Assembly: GCA_010909165.1 (NCBI GenBank)
Contig: VJWM01000192.1
Span: 310,001 to 374,000, forward strand
Origin: Anthoceros angustus
Taxonomy: Eukaryota > Plantae > Anthocerotophyta
Length of the DNA: 64,000 nt
Direction: 5' to 3'
The notes under the pieces are model-generated. The model made no database searches and was not told the origin of the DNA. It saw only the letters and a list, made by a program, of their open reading frames with translations. This document shows positions 1 through 13,000 of this stretch, piece by piece. Position 1 is the stretch's first letter. Every line of letters begins with the position of its first letter. Made by a program: the position numbers and the translations under genes.

Positions 1-1859
1 CTTATATCCCGAGAAAGGCTGCATGATGCATGACGAGGATGGACTCACGCGCTACCGTCGACAAGTGTGAAGCGTGCATGGAAATATTCACCGCCGCTGG
101 CCACCGTCTGAGAGAACGGCTTTCCATTTTAATGTTCCACCATACAATGCTATATACCATGTTTGAGGAGAGGCGGTGTCCTTGGAACATGGTCTTTTCC
201 CAACAAGATACCATGTCATCGAACCATGATATTTCCGCTCATACCATGCTCCTTGGAACATGGGGATGTCATGATACTCAGATACATAGGGCGGAAATTA
301 TGCATTTGTGTATGTACCTTGTTCCTTGGACCATGGTACTTTGCACAAACCATGTCGTGGGGACATGGTGATGGCATGGGAGGAAGTTCCTTGGTTGATG
401 GGTTCGATGCCTATATATGTCATGCTATATATATGGCTGGTAAATGGGATGAATGACATATTGAATGTGACAACCGCGTGCATGCACTTGAGTCATCATG
501 ATGCTTGGCTGGCACGCGTTCCTCAAAGTTGTCGGAGGCACGCCGGCCCGCGAAAGGAATGTGACACCACGCATGTTCCTGGGCATCAACTTCAGTCATC
601 ACTGCGTATGTGCAAGACACCTGCCTCTCAATCCATACATGGCTCCCCAGGGGAAGGCATTTGCCTCCCTCGCAAAGTATATGTTATATGAGTTGTGTAA
701 ATTTCTGGCTATAGGGAATGAAACTAAAATAGAGATTTCAGAAATGTCCCTCAATGGAAACTGTAACGTGCAGGGCTGTAACGAACGGCACTCGTTATGC
801 CATAACAAGAGATTACTTGAAGTGTAACAAGACATGCATGCCACCGCTCAAAATGGCGTGTCCTTGACCACCGCTCGCGCTGTCTGCATGCAGGAAGCGG
901 GGTGCATGGGGTTTTGTGCAGGGTTATTTGAAAGGCAGATCATTTATCACAAGCCATCACAACTTCACTCAAATCTTATCGGCAGATCTCCGCACCACCG
1001 CCGACAGGGAGTACTGGATGGCTCCTACCATGGACTAATTTTCCTTGGTGCAAGTCATTTCAACAACGTGGCGAAGAAACCGCCCAGGCAACGGATGGTC
1101 TCAGTAACCCCGACGCCTTCCATACCTTAATTAGGCGGTAAGCCACATGGTTAGCACTAAGTCACTAAAGGTGGTCATCAACATGAGGCGAATGGTTATG
1201 AACATGGTGGCGGCATTGAGGAATTCAACCTCCATCTCCACCACTTGCAGTGGGGGAGATACACGATCACCATGGAGTTCCCACACGGTGAACCAGATTC
1301 GATCCGTCTCATTCCAGCGAGTGTCCGTCAGGAAGCCCATGAAGCGATGCCGCCGCTCGCGGTACCCGATTTCGACGCTTGGACTATCGAGGCAAATGCA
1401 CCGGTCATCCGAGGCGAAGACGGCGGCAGTTGCCAGCCGCCCGAACGCTCACCCCTATATCCACCCGACGGCGCAAGATTCAGCGAGGAGGTCAAGGAAA
1501 TCTGTGATCGACTTCGGTATCGTCGCATGTCGCATTGCATAATGCTTGGGGTCGAACTTTGTTGGTGGGCAAGCTGGCGGCTACGCATTTCACGTTTCAT
1601 CAGATGTCCTTGCTCCAGTGATCGCTACTCGTCCTTCCCTTACCTTCGGATCGATCTCTTGGTTTGAAGTGTATCTCCTTCCTTCCGGGAAGTGTTTTGT
1701 CTGCGAGCGAGTCCTAGCTGTGGACGACCTACTCGTACCAGGAGGCCGTGAGCAGTGACCACAATTCCGTATAGGTGCTCCCGCTGACAGCGGACCGGAC
1801 AACTCCTGCGCGCCGTGACATGTCTTACAGGGTTTTGGTGGATGGCTCACGCCAACTCA

Positions 1860-4766
1860 AACTGCATCTTAATGGCCTCGTGATGAGGTTCACTTGACCC
1901 AGTGTCGTGCGTCCTTAATCACGCACCAGCGATTTCTACAACCACCGCGCCCCAGGTCCGGGTATTATGAGATACCACTCTTACCTCCACGTTCTTGGCC
2001 CTACTGAGGAGTTTCAGGCGTGGTTGGGTCTCACCCTCCCACTTCCTGCCGATACCCGGGTTGTCTCTTAACAAGCATCTAAGTGACACCAAATTGTTGG
2101 TCCATCATCAGTTCATAAAGGCATGCAGGTGAGTTGAGCAGCTCCTCACCCAGTTAGGGGAATTTGGCGGTGTTTGCTTTCAAGGTCCACGGACATGAAG
2201 GGTATTCGAAGCGGTCGTGAACAGGATAGATCTGCTGGAGCGGTGCCTGTCCGGATTCGACAATATAAATTGAATCCCAAGCACTCGCTCAGGTCAAGAG
2301 GTCTGGATAAATATGGAGGCGGACATCATCTTCCTAATCGTAGCAATGAATGGGTAGCACCATTGTCGTTGTGCCCAAAAAGCAGGACATATTTGTCGGA
2401 TCGGAGGAAACTCAACGCCGCCAGAAGGACCATTTCCCCATGCCCTAAATCGTGACCATGGACAAGGTGGCAGACAGTACCTACTCCTTCTTGGATGGAG
2501 TTGCAGAAATGGGCCACCTTCAGTTGTTGACCACATGGACAACACGCAGCTGCTATAGTGTTTGGTGAGAAAACATGGAATGTTGTGGGTTTGGGAGGCG
2601 GCTGGTCCAGCCCAGCACCCGTGTGGTGAACCTCCGGGATGAGGAAGTGGAAGGAGGAGGCGGGAGGCGTTGGCGGTGAATGAGTTGCTATTGAGAGGCT
2701 TGGCTCCAGACACAAGGAATTCTTGGAACTCATTCGGACAAAGGCTACCAACTTGGATACGGTGGGTGGGCGGTGTCAAAGTCGAGGAAGGCATTATCGA
2801 GATGTCTTGCTTACGATTCCGGACTTGACGGTGAAGAGGCTACATTTTTAACCAACATGGTCGGAACCAGCGGTATGTAAATATGCCAAGGCTTGTGCCT
2901 TAGAGGAAAAACAGGTGCGGGGAAACAGGTCCTCAAAATTGTCCATTTCCTCTTCTAACGTTTCCGGAGGTTTCTGGTCGGTTGCTTCTTCGGGCAGAGC
3001 TGCCCGATTCAATTCACCTTCCTTGGCTGGATCTCCCTCCTTCGCGAGTGTCCCGTCCTCCGTATTCGTTGGGCTCTCCCCATTTTTCTTCCTCTTTAGC
3101 TGTCTCCTCTCCTTTCGCTCATTCCGGTGGCTTCGGGTTGATACTTCCAGTACCTCCAGGTCTACCTTATCTTCCTGAGCCGAACTCGCCTCGTACCACT
3201 CCGTCCCAAGTTCCTTCGGCGCCTCTTCCCCTCCGAGGTGGCCATCTTCAATCATGTGGGTGCGGTCTTAGGGAGGGCGTGGCGATCGTGGCTCCCAGCC
3301 GGGTGGCGTGCGTCCTCGAGCGAGGATTCGGACACAAGGTCTTGCGCGCCATGTGCACGCTTGCAATCTCACACATGCGTTCAAAATCCCGTTACCTTGC
3401 CTAGTGGGGTGGACACGCGTTGAGTAGTGCGAGTTCCCACAGTTCAAGACTACCATACGAATTCTGGAGGGGCTCCCATGCGGTCTTTGCATCGAGGAAT
3501 CCAATGCGGATGGCCCGGTGCCGTGGGGTACATCGTTTTGGGATACCCGCACGGTGGTGCTTCACCGCACTTGGTATCGTCCTCACTTTGCTCTCGGACT
3601 CTTCCCGTGGTGGTACTCCACAGTTTCTGATTGGAGGCGATTAGCCTTCGAATGCCCATGTTGGTGGCACACCGCACACCATAGATGGGTCCAAACCGTG
3701 GTGGCCGCCTTCCGCCGTTCTCTATCCTTCACCTGGTTGATCGTCAACTCCTCCAGCCTCTTCATTACCCGTTCCAGATCTTCCCTCAACCCCGCTACTT
3801 CTTTCAAAGGGGCTGGGTCAGGCGGAACCTCTCGCGCCGGTGCAGGCATCATAACCTCCTTCTTCTCAACCCTCAAACTTGACTGGGGCTTTTCTTCTTA
3901 TTCCTTTGGCGAGGTTCTTCCTCTTCCATGGCATCCTCGGTTCTTCTTGAGTCCTCTTCCTCTTCCTCGATGCTACCTTGGTTTCATCATCCTCCTCTTG
4001 AGGTTCTTCATCTTGATTGACCCCGTTTCTTCTTTTCTTCTTTCCTCACTGGGCGTCCTCGGCCGTCGTTGGTGCATCGATTCTTGTAGTTCTCCGCGCT
4101 CGGACCTCCTTGCTCCCATCCTTCTGACACGTGTAGTTGGCCCGTGGGCTTGGCCATTGCTGGGTAGCATCACGTCCCATGGTGGTGTGGGCGGGATGCA
4201 CCGATCGGCGTGAATTCGATGCTCTGATCCCAACTTCTCCGTCTTGCCTCGCTTGAGGTTCTCGAGTTTGGACGGGGCGTAGCCTTCTTGATCAATTCCA
4301 GATCTTTTCAAGAAGGCATCGCTTCAATCTTGAAGGTCGAGGGAGGCGTTACGGCGGTGCTTCCTCGGTACCAGCGAGCGGCTGTTCCCGAAGGACCCCT
4401 TGGAGCAATTTGGATAATTTCATCCAGACCTTCTCGTTGAAGTTTGCGAGACCACAATCCTCCACGAAGGTTTCGTCTCTCTCCTTCTTACCTCCAAGAG
4501 AATGCAGCTTGCTTGGTCGATGTTGTTGCCATCGCCGCGACCAGCGAGGTTGAGAACCGCTCATCGCCGCTGACTTGGTGCTACTTCCTCCTCCGCGATC
4601 CGGCAAGTCTACCGTGCTTTCTTGGTGGAGCTCTCACGTTGAGCCGTCGCCTCTCACGTGCTGCGCTCTAAGGCGCTGGCAGTCCCAACATCTCCTTAAC
4701 AACGCTTCTTGACTACCTCTGTCCTGCGCATCCACACTTACCTTCCTCTTGGGCTGGGCGATCTCA
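1860..4766 (-). mobile_element. Degenerate Ty3/gypsy (Athila-like) gag-protease region
   Basis: Minus strand, directly downstream of the PBS at 4767-4784: broken K/E-rich ORFs, Zn-knuckle-like CAVCHQHGHSKA (ORF 3583-3876) and a frameshifted retropepsin motif (VVVEIA..VIKDA..DTGSS.NLIT) at ~1881-1946. No RT or integrase seen. Confidence 0.7.
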
Positions 4767-4905
4767 TTCCCGGCAATGGCGCCAAAATGTGGCGCGACTT
4801 TTTGACAGCTGGCCGGCGCGCACAATCCGATGTCGTTGTAGTAAAGTCACGCTCCCAAGGAATGATAGGCTCAGTTTCTTGCGTTCAATCGATTCTCACC
4901 TCACT
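4605..4905. repeat. LTR-end/PBS/leader segment, repeated at 6866-7175
   Basis: AAGTCTACCGTGCTTTCTTG...CGTTCAATCGATTCTCACCTCACT recurs at 6866-7175 with indels, including a degenerate PBS at 7041-7055. Confidence 0.85.
4767..4784 (-). promoter_or_regulatory. Retrotransposon primer-binding site, tRNA-Asp type
   Basis: Minus strand reads ...GCGCCACA-TTT-TGGCGCCATTGCCGGGAA: an LTR-ending CA followed by a 16/18 match to the Athila-type PBS TGGCGCCGTTGCCGGGGA. Confidence 0.8.
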
Positions 4906-7058
4906 GTCGGGTATCGTAAGCGATCCGTATTGAAACTCCACATTGGATTGTGTCTTTGAGTGATTTTTGTTTTTGTTAAGTTTGGTGTCAAAGAGTAGGA
5001 AGGATATTTATAGTAGAAAGTGTCCTTGGCCTATGAGTTTTGAGGGTTGTTTTGTGGGTTAAATAATAATCGGTCCTTGGACTATGAACTCGATACTCCT
5101 TGGCCTTTGGTCTTGGAATATTTAATAAAAGGCCTATATATAGAGGCGGGGTCCCCATATTTGGCAGTCTAGGCTAGAGGTCGAACCAGCAGGAGTTGGT
5201 GTGTGGTGTTGGGGGTGTCTGGGGGACTATGTTTGAAGGCGGTTGGCGGGCGAGGCGGTCGTGGAAGGAAGGCGGTCGCGGAAGAAGAAGTGGTGAAGCC
5301 GGTTGGCGGTCGTAGAGTTTGGGAAATATAACCCTAAGGGAACTCGGAAGGCCTGGCCCGGCGTGGGTAGCTCAGACGATCCCACAGCGAGCACGAGCTA
5401 CAGGCTAAAGGCGGCCACAGTGGCGGCGGGAGCTCGTGATTCTGGAAGGAAGAAACCACAGATTGACCAAGTTGGAGATTAGGCGAGTTATCAGCAATTG
5501 GTAGGCGGTGAGGGTTTTGCGAGCATGGCGCCCAAGGTTGCAGTGAAATTTGGCCCAATGGCCAAATATGGACCATTGGAGGGTCAAAGTGGAGGATTGG
5601 TGAGGGAGGCTGGGACTTGGGATCATGGAAAAAGCAGTGGAGAGTTTATGGGAGGATTTTCCGGATCGACGGAAGGAGGACCCATAAATTCAGACAAAGG
5701 GACGAAGGGCAGGCGACCAAATCGGAGGGTGCGGAGATAACATGGGCGGGAGTAGTGGCATCCTAGGAATAGAACTTTGGATAGGATGCCATCTTGGACC
5801 TAAGGCCGTCCAAAATTAGGGCGCCTCTCTTGCTTTTAGGACTGGAAAGTCGTGGCTATGATGCTCAAAGAATTGTATAAAGGCTTGTGCCCCTCAGCCG
5901 AGATAACTCTGGTTGAGATCCCCACTTTTGTGGGCTGGTTGGAGACGTCCGATTGATGGTGTGCGAGACGCTCCTAGGGGTGGTCGAGAGCTTGCTGCAA
6001 CCGGGAGGAGGTGATGGAGCAATTTGACAACGGAGGAGGAAGCCAAGGGATCGCCGGGGCGGGTCTCGGAGCGCTCGCCTGTGGACGCCCGGTTTCTTCT
6101 CTCCTTCACCTTTAAACTGAAAGTTGTGTTCAAATCGAGTGTGTGTGAGGACGGTTTGGAAGCCTGTGGGCGAATTGAGGAGAGAGAGAGAGGAAGATTG
6201 GGTGAAGGAGTGACTGAATAGACGATGATGCAGGTGTAAGAGGAGTTGAGAAGGGAACTAATTGAGAGACTAACGTGGAGATTTGTGTGGATCCAAAGAA
6301 TCCAAACCGGTCTTGGTGGAAGAAGTGCACAAGAGAAAGCATTCCTTGTAAAATTGTGTGAGTGTGGCGCCCTTTGTGTGTGTAGGCGGTGAGGGATTTG
6401 TGGAACTTTGGTCCCTAGGAATCGGTGTGTGTGTGCACATGAAGTGGAGTGCGAATAAAGTCGATCATGCACGCGGTGCGAGATCCATGGGCACGCATGC
6501 CTGAAATAAATCGCTAGGGTTTGGCATGGGACCCACCTCGGTAGTCAAGCAACTACACGGTAGTGGTGAGAGCCACCGCGGTTGTGGAATATTTGCGGTC
6601 GTGGAATAAGATTTGGTGAATAAGATTAAGTGGTTGTGGAATAAGATGCATGGTAGTTAGACTAGTCGGGAGGTAGTAGTAGTTGAGTAGATAGGTAAGA
6701 GAAGTAATAGCAGGTAAGTCCTGACTTAGGTGAAGTCAGTAGCGATAGAAGTTAGCGTCTCTTGGCACAAACCATTCCCTTGGGAGCGAATCCTAAGCCT
6801 ACAACGACATTGAGGGTGAATGTGGACCTCACGGTGTCCCTAGACACAAATTCACACTCCACACAAGTCTACCGTGCTTTCTTGCCAGCTGGAGCTCTCA
6901 CGTTGAGCCCGTCGCCTCTCACGTGCCTGCGCTCTGAGCGCTCTGGCGGTCCCAACATCCGGCTCACTCAACAACTCGTTCTTGACTACCTCTCGTCCTC
7001 CGCGCATCCACACACTTCCCTCTTGGGCTGAGCGATCTCATTCCCAATGGCGCCAAAA

Positions 7059-10000
7059 TGTGGCGCGACTTTCGTGTAATGACTGGCGGGCGCGCACAAT
7101 CCGTGTCGTTGTAGTAAAAGTCCGCTCCCAAGAATGATAGGCTCCGTTTGCGTTTCAATCGATTCTCACCTCACTTTATGATTCGGTCAACACACATCCG
7201 TCATTTTCGCCTAACTACCGTAATCCACGAGGCCGGTGTGGCCAAGCGTTTAAGGACCCGTTCGGCGTCGTATCGTTCACGCTCGTCACTCGTTCCTCTA
7301 GTCCGTTCCTCTCACCACTCTCACTACACTCATCAACCTTGGGAAAAGCGAGTGGCTGCTGCGGTCGGACCTCCTCGCTCTGCGGGCCTCTCGTCAAGAC
7401 TCTGCCGCCCTCCGGAGTTCCTCGGCTCACCTCGTTCGGTCGTGCGGGCGCTGCAGGCCAAGGGTCCCGATCGCTCTTCCTGCACACACACACCACGTTA
7501 GGGTCAGTCACGGGACCTTGATCGATCTCTCTCGTGCCTGCTTTCGATGACTCGGGACTCACGTTAGCAGAAGAAAAGGTGCACGCAGGAAGCGGCATCA
7601 ACACCAAGAAGATGATTTACTCGGGCGACCTCGGCCCTCTTATACTCGCGAAGGTCGGCGCCTTTATTACACCTCTATTACGGTGAGGGCCATTTCGGCC
7701 CCTACGCCTACTATTCTCCCTATTCCTCCTATCTCCCGTGGTCGGTGGTGGGGTGAGATGGCCCTGATTCCTTCTTGGCACGGCCCCAGACAGCGGCGCG
7801 CAATCGGATGATCGTAGACCCCTTCCTCTCCCAGGGTCTGCTGCGCCACCGGGCGACAGCAGTCACCACTAAGTCCTCCTCCCCTCCTCTCTTATCTCTC
7901 TGGCGGGCCCCTGCGCAGCCCTCAAGTGGATCTGGGGGGTGATTGGTGGCTCTCCCCACTCCCAGTCGGACCTCGGGACCCGTCTCGACTCGGTCAGGAC
8001 CTCTAGGTCAGTCTTCCCTAGGTCCGGTCCCTGTGTCCGGCCTTCTTTCGGAGTTCGGACCTCGGGGTCGGACTTGCCTCTGAGTCGGTCTTGGACCCAA
8101 CCCTTCCACAGGTCAGGACCTCGGGGTCCGTCTCACTAAATCTGGATCTCTAAGTCGGACTTCCTTGAGGCGGACTTGGGGGCCTTTCCTCGAGTCGGAC
8201 AAAGTCCGGACCCAGACTCACAGTTGCCTCCTCCGGGTGATCACGGCTCATCACTGAGCCCTCCTTGGTTCCAGAATGCCGGTTGCGCCTTCCACGGCCT
8301 CCCAGGTCCTCCTCCCTTCCTTAGTGCGGGGTGTGTGCTTACCTCGGTGTAGTGACCCTTCTCCCGGCTCCTCAGCTCTCCCTCGCCCTGCTGCTCGTCG
8401 TCAAGCAGGCGCTCCTAGGGTCCCGTGGCTGCTTGTCCCGGGTCCTTCCTCCCTTGCTCCTCCTTCCTTGGAAGTCCCTCCCTGCCTGGGGTGGCGCGGG
8501 ACCTCGAGCCTTGAGGAGCTCTGCGTGGTAGTAGGCGGTCGGAATCGACTTGTTGAATCGCCTCCTCACATGAGCCGGGCACCGGTACTCCCTCCTGAGG
8601 TGCTCGGCGGTGGGCATGTTGTCGGCTGGCGTCTCCGTGTGGCTTACCAGCTGGGTGGGCGGACTCCTTGATGCCGTCAAGGCGGCCTCCGTCACCTCCT
8701 GCGGCCTTGCTCGGCGTTCTCCTCCTCCGTCTTGTTCGGCTCGCGGTTGCGGGCCATGGTGAGCTCCCCCCTCACTTCCTGGGACGACTGCTTCTCCTCG
8801 TGCTTTCTTCCCTCCGTTTATCCTTTCCGGTCGCTACTTCCTTCTCCGGGCGGGCGGTATCCCCGTCAAACTCGGCTTCCTCCACCTCCTGCTGCGGCCT
8901 CGCGGCGTCGAACTCCTTGCAATCGCCTATTCTCCTCCGTCTTCAAGCGGGCTGGGCGCTCTATCTCCTCGAAGTCTTGGATTTCTCGTTGAGAACCCCT
9001 GCTCCGTCGTCTTGGAGTTGCGGCTCAAGGTATCCTTCTTGTCCTCCGGCTCACCCGCCCTTCTACCTCCTGCACCACAGGTCCCCTCTCCCGGGTGCGA
9101 CCTCCAGCCTCCTCACGGCTCGTCTTGCTCAGCCGCACGCTTTCGGCCTTGAGTTGGTTGGCTACCCGGCCGTCTCCCTCCACGGTTCGATCACGTCGAT
9201 AGTGATCCCGACCCGTGGCTTCCGCTTGCGCCTTGGTGAGCCTCGGCGACTGTGTTGGGCCGGGGCCGCCTCGGCCAGTCTGCCCTCTCGCCTCTGCTGC
9301 GCCTCCCTCCGTTGGCGAGATCCTCGGCCCGTGCTTGGGCCTCACTACGCCTTGTGCTCACCGGTGAAGAAACTTAGTCGATCTGTCGAATGGACGGACT
9401 TCCTCTCCTCCGGCGCTTCCTCCTCGATGCGGCGAGGCTTCCGCCTTCCTCCTCCTAGGCGCCTCCATCGCTCTGGAGGAGCACCATCGCCTCCTTGTGG
9501 CCTCCACCTCACAGGTCTTCTCGGCCGTCCGAGACCCAGGCATCGTCCATGATGGTAGCAGGACCGCCGTGTCTCTTCCACAGGCTGTGAGGCCCCAAGT
9601 CCGTTGTGGGCGGGCATCTCGGTCCGCCAGGACCTCCATACCGCGGTCGGGAGTCAGCTCTCCGGACCTAATCGGGACCCTTAGGTCACAGTCTGAGTCA
9701 GGAGCCTCACCTTCTTTAGCCCTCTTGGCCAATTCCTTATTCGCCCTCTTTCTCACAGGGCTCGGAGGGGTGAGGGGTTGAGGCACCCTCTTGCCTCTCC
9801 CGGTCGGAGGCAGGGCCGGCTCGGGTGGGGCTGCTTGATGGCCTCCGCTCCTTGGCGGCGTCCCTTTGCCCTTCTGCCTCCTCGGCCTCTTGCCACTCGT
9901 TGGCGGCGAGGCTGCAGCCGTCAGAGTCTTTGCGTTGGCGGGTGGCAGTCTTCCGCCTCTTGATTCCCAGCAGTCCGTCGGGGCTCGGTATTCCGTCGTG

Positions 10001-13000
10001 GGTGGCGGGTGATGCTGAGGCCCGACTCAGGGCCGCCTCTGCTTTGCCTTGCTCGGTGGGGGCACCGGGAGGAGGAAGCGAGTCCTCCACACTTCCCTTG
10101 GTGGCGAGTCGCTCCAAAGTATGGAGTCAGGATTCCCTCGATCGTCTTCCTCCCGCTCTCTTGCTCGGACGGGCCTCCTCCTCGCGCCTTTGCACTTCCC
10201 GCCCGGTGAGGCCTTTCGGGCGCCCGCTCTTCTTCCCCTCCTTGAGGTTGTGCCCACATGGATCGGATATGGGGATAGCCGGGGAGTTCTCACCTCGACT
10301 TGTGAGCCTCACATTGATCTGGCGAAGATGATCCTTCCCAGTCGCCCTCTTGCCCTCGGCGCAGGAACACCAATTTGTCACCAAGGTGATCTACCTTGGT
10401 GAGCATGTTCGATGGACAATGATCAGCCCTTGCTCTCACCTCTGTCCAACAAATCGACATCGGCCGGTAGTTGGTTGTTCGTTGCGTCCCGGCTTCGGCA
10501 TTGCCTTTGCCGCCTCTATCTTTCCTCTTGCCTTGAGGGGCTCGGGACTCGAATTTCTTGGGCGGTTGTAAGCCGCCCTCGGGACCTCAGGTCCACCTCC
10601 TAGGATCCTCCGGAGGTTCTTGGATCGGACCTCCTTGTTGGCTGCCAACATCTTGGGCGTATTCCACGACAAGTGCGGCGCATCAAGCGTCCACCTCCTG
10701 CGTCGGTGCCACTTCTCCACTCCTCCGCCTCCCGCCAACGGGTTGAAGTGGGATATCTCTTGGTGACAATGTTGCGCTCCACGCGCGGCTCCACACCTAG
10801 CCTTCTTGGTCCCATCACCTCCTTCTTCTTACTCAGCGTGGCGGTGTCCATGATGGTGGCAGGGACCCGTGTCTCTTCCACAGGCGCCGCTGAGGCCCCA
10901 AGAAGTCCGTTGTGGGCGGGCATCTCTCGGTCCGAGGACCTCCATACCTTGATCGGAGCGAGTCAGGCTGGGCTCTCGGACCTAATCGGGACCCTTAGGT
11001 CACAGTAAAATCGAGCCTCCTCTTCTTTGGCCCTCTTGGCGCCAATTCCTTATTCGCCCTCTTTCTCACAGGGCTCGGAGGGTGAGGGGTTGGGGACCCT
11101 CTTGCCTCTCCCGGTCGGAGGCAGGACCCGGCTCGGTGGGGGCTTGCCGATGGCCTCCGCTCCTTGGGCGGCGTCCTTTCGCCTTCTTCGCCTCCTCGGC
11201 CTCTGCCATCCGTTGGCGAGGCGGCACGCCCGTCAGGGGTCTTGCGTTGGCGGGTGGCACCGTCTTCCGCCTCTTGATCCCCAGGCCAGTCTCTGCTCGT
11301 GGTGGCGGTGTGCAGCCGTGGCTGGAGCCGGCTCATACAGGGCCGCCTCCTGCTGCCTTGGGCTCGGTGGGGGCACCGGAGGAGGAGGCGGGTATGTCCT
11401 CCACACTTCCCTTGGTGGCGAGTCCGTTCAAATGTATGGAGTCAGGAATTCCTCCCGATCGTCTTCCTCCGCTCTCTTGCTCGGACGGGCCGGGCCTTCC
11501 TCACGGGCGCCTTTGCCGGCTCCGCTTCGTGAGGCCCTTGACCCTTCGGGCTTCTTCCCCTCCTTCGGAGGTTGTGAGTGTCCCACGGATCGAGATATGG
11601 GGATAGTCACAGTGGAGGTGGCTTTCGCACCTCGGCATGAGCCTCCTGGCTGAGCAAGGCGAGAGATGATCCTCCCAGTCGGCCCTCTTGCCCATTGCAG
11701 CGATGCGAACACCAATAAATTGTCACCAAGGTGATCCACCTTGGTGAGCAGGTTCCAGTGGACAATGATCACGGCCCTTGCTCACCCTCATCCAACAAAT
11801 CGACATCAGCCCATTGAATTTGGTTGTTCGTTGCGTTCGGCTTGACTTACGCCTTTGCCGCCTCTATCTTTCCTCTTGCCTTGAGGGGCTCCGGTACTAC
11901 GCCCCCAATTTCTTACTGTGGGCGGGCATCTCTCGGTCCGCCAGGACCTCCATACCTTGATCGGAGCGAGTCAGGCTGGGCTCTCGGACCTAATCGGGAC
12001 CCTTAGGTCACAGTAAAATCGAGCCTCCTCTTCTTTGGCCCTCTTGGCGCCAATTCCTTATTCGCCCTCTTTCTCACAGGGCTCGGAGGGGTGAGGGGTT
12101 GGGGACCCTCTTGCCTCTCCCGGTCGGAGGCAGGACCCGGCTCGGTGGGGGCTTGCCGATGGCCTCCCGCTCCTTGGGCGGCGTCCTTTCCGCCCTTCTT
12201 CACGCCTCCTCGGCCTCTGCCATCCGTTGGCGAGGCGGCACGCCCGTCAGGGGTCTTGCGTTGGCGGGTGGCACCGTCTTCCGCCTCTTGATCCCCAGGC
12301 CAGTCTCTGCTCGTGGTGGCGGTGTGCAGCCGTGGCTGGAGCCGGCTCATACAGGGCCGCCTCCTGCTGCCTTTGGGCTCGGTGGGGGCACCGGAGGAGG
12401 AGGCGGGTATGTCCTCCACACTTCCCTTGGTGGCGAGTCCGCTCCAAATGTATGGAGTCAGGATTCCCGATCGTCTTCCTCCCGCTCTCTTGCTCCGGAC
12501 AGGGCTTCCTCCTCGGGCGCCTTTGCAGCTCCTCCGGTGAGCCGCCCAGGGCCGCTCTTCTTCCCCTCCTTGAAGATTGTAGTGTCGCCACATGGATCGA
12601 GATATGGGGATAGTCACGATGGGTGGCTTCTGACCTCGACTTGTGAGCCTCACGGGCCGCGAAGGCGATGATCCTTGATCGGCCCTCTTGCCCATTGCAG
12701 GATGCGGGATAAATTGTCACCAAGGTGATCCACCTTGGTGGCATGTTCCGATGGACAATGATCACAGCCCTTTGCTCACCTCCTGTCAAATCGGCATGAC
12801 CCGGCCGTTGGTTGTTATTCGTCGCTTCGGCATTACGCCTTTGCCGCCTCTATCTTTCCTCTTGCCTTGAGGGGCTCACTCGCCCCCAATTTCTTCCTGG
12901 GCGGTTGTAAGCCGCCCTCGGGACCTCAGGGTCCACCTCCTAGGATCCTCCGGAGGTTCTTGGATCGGACCTCCTTGTTGGCCCCAGCATCTTGGGCGTA

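Noticed and set aside
1131-1667. ORFs that might be further pol remnants
   Set aside because: No RT, RNase H or integrase motif recognised in any frame.
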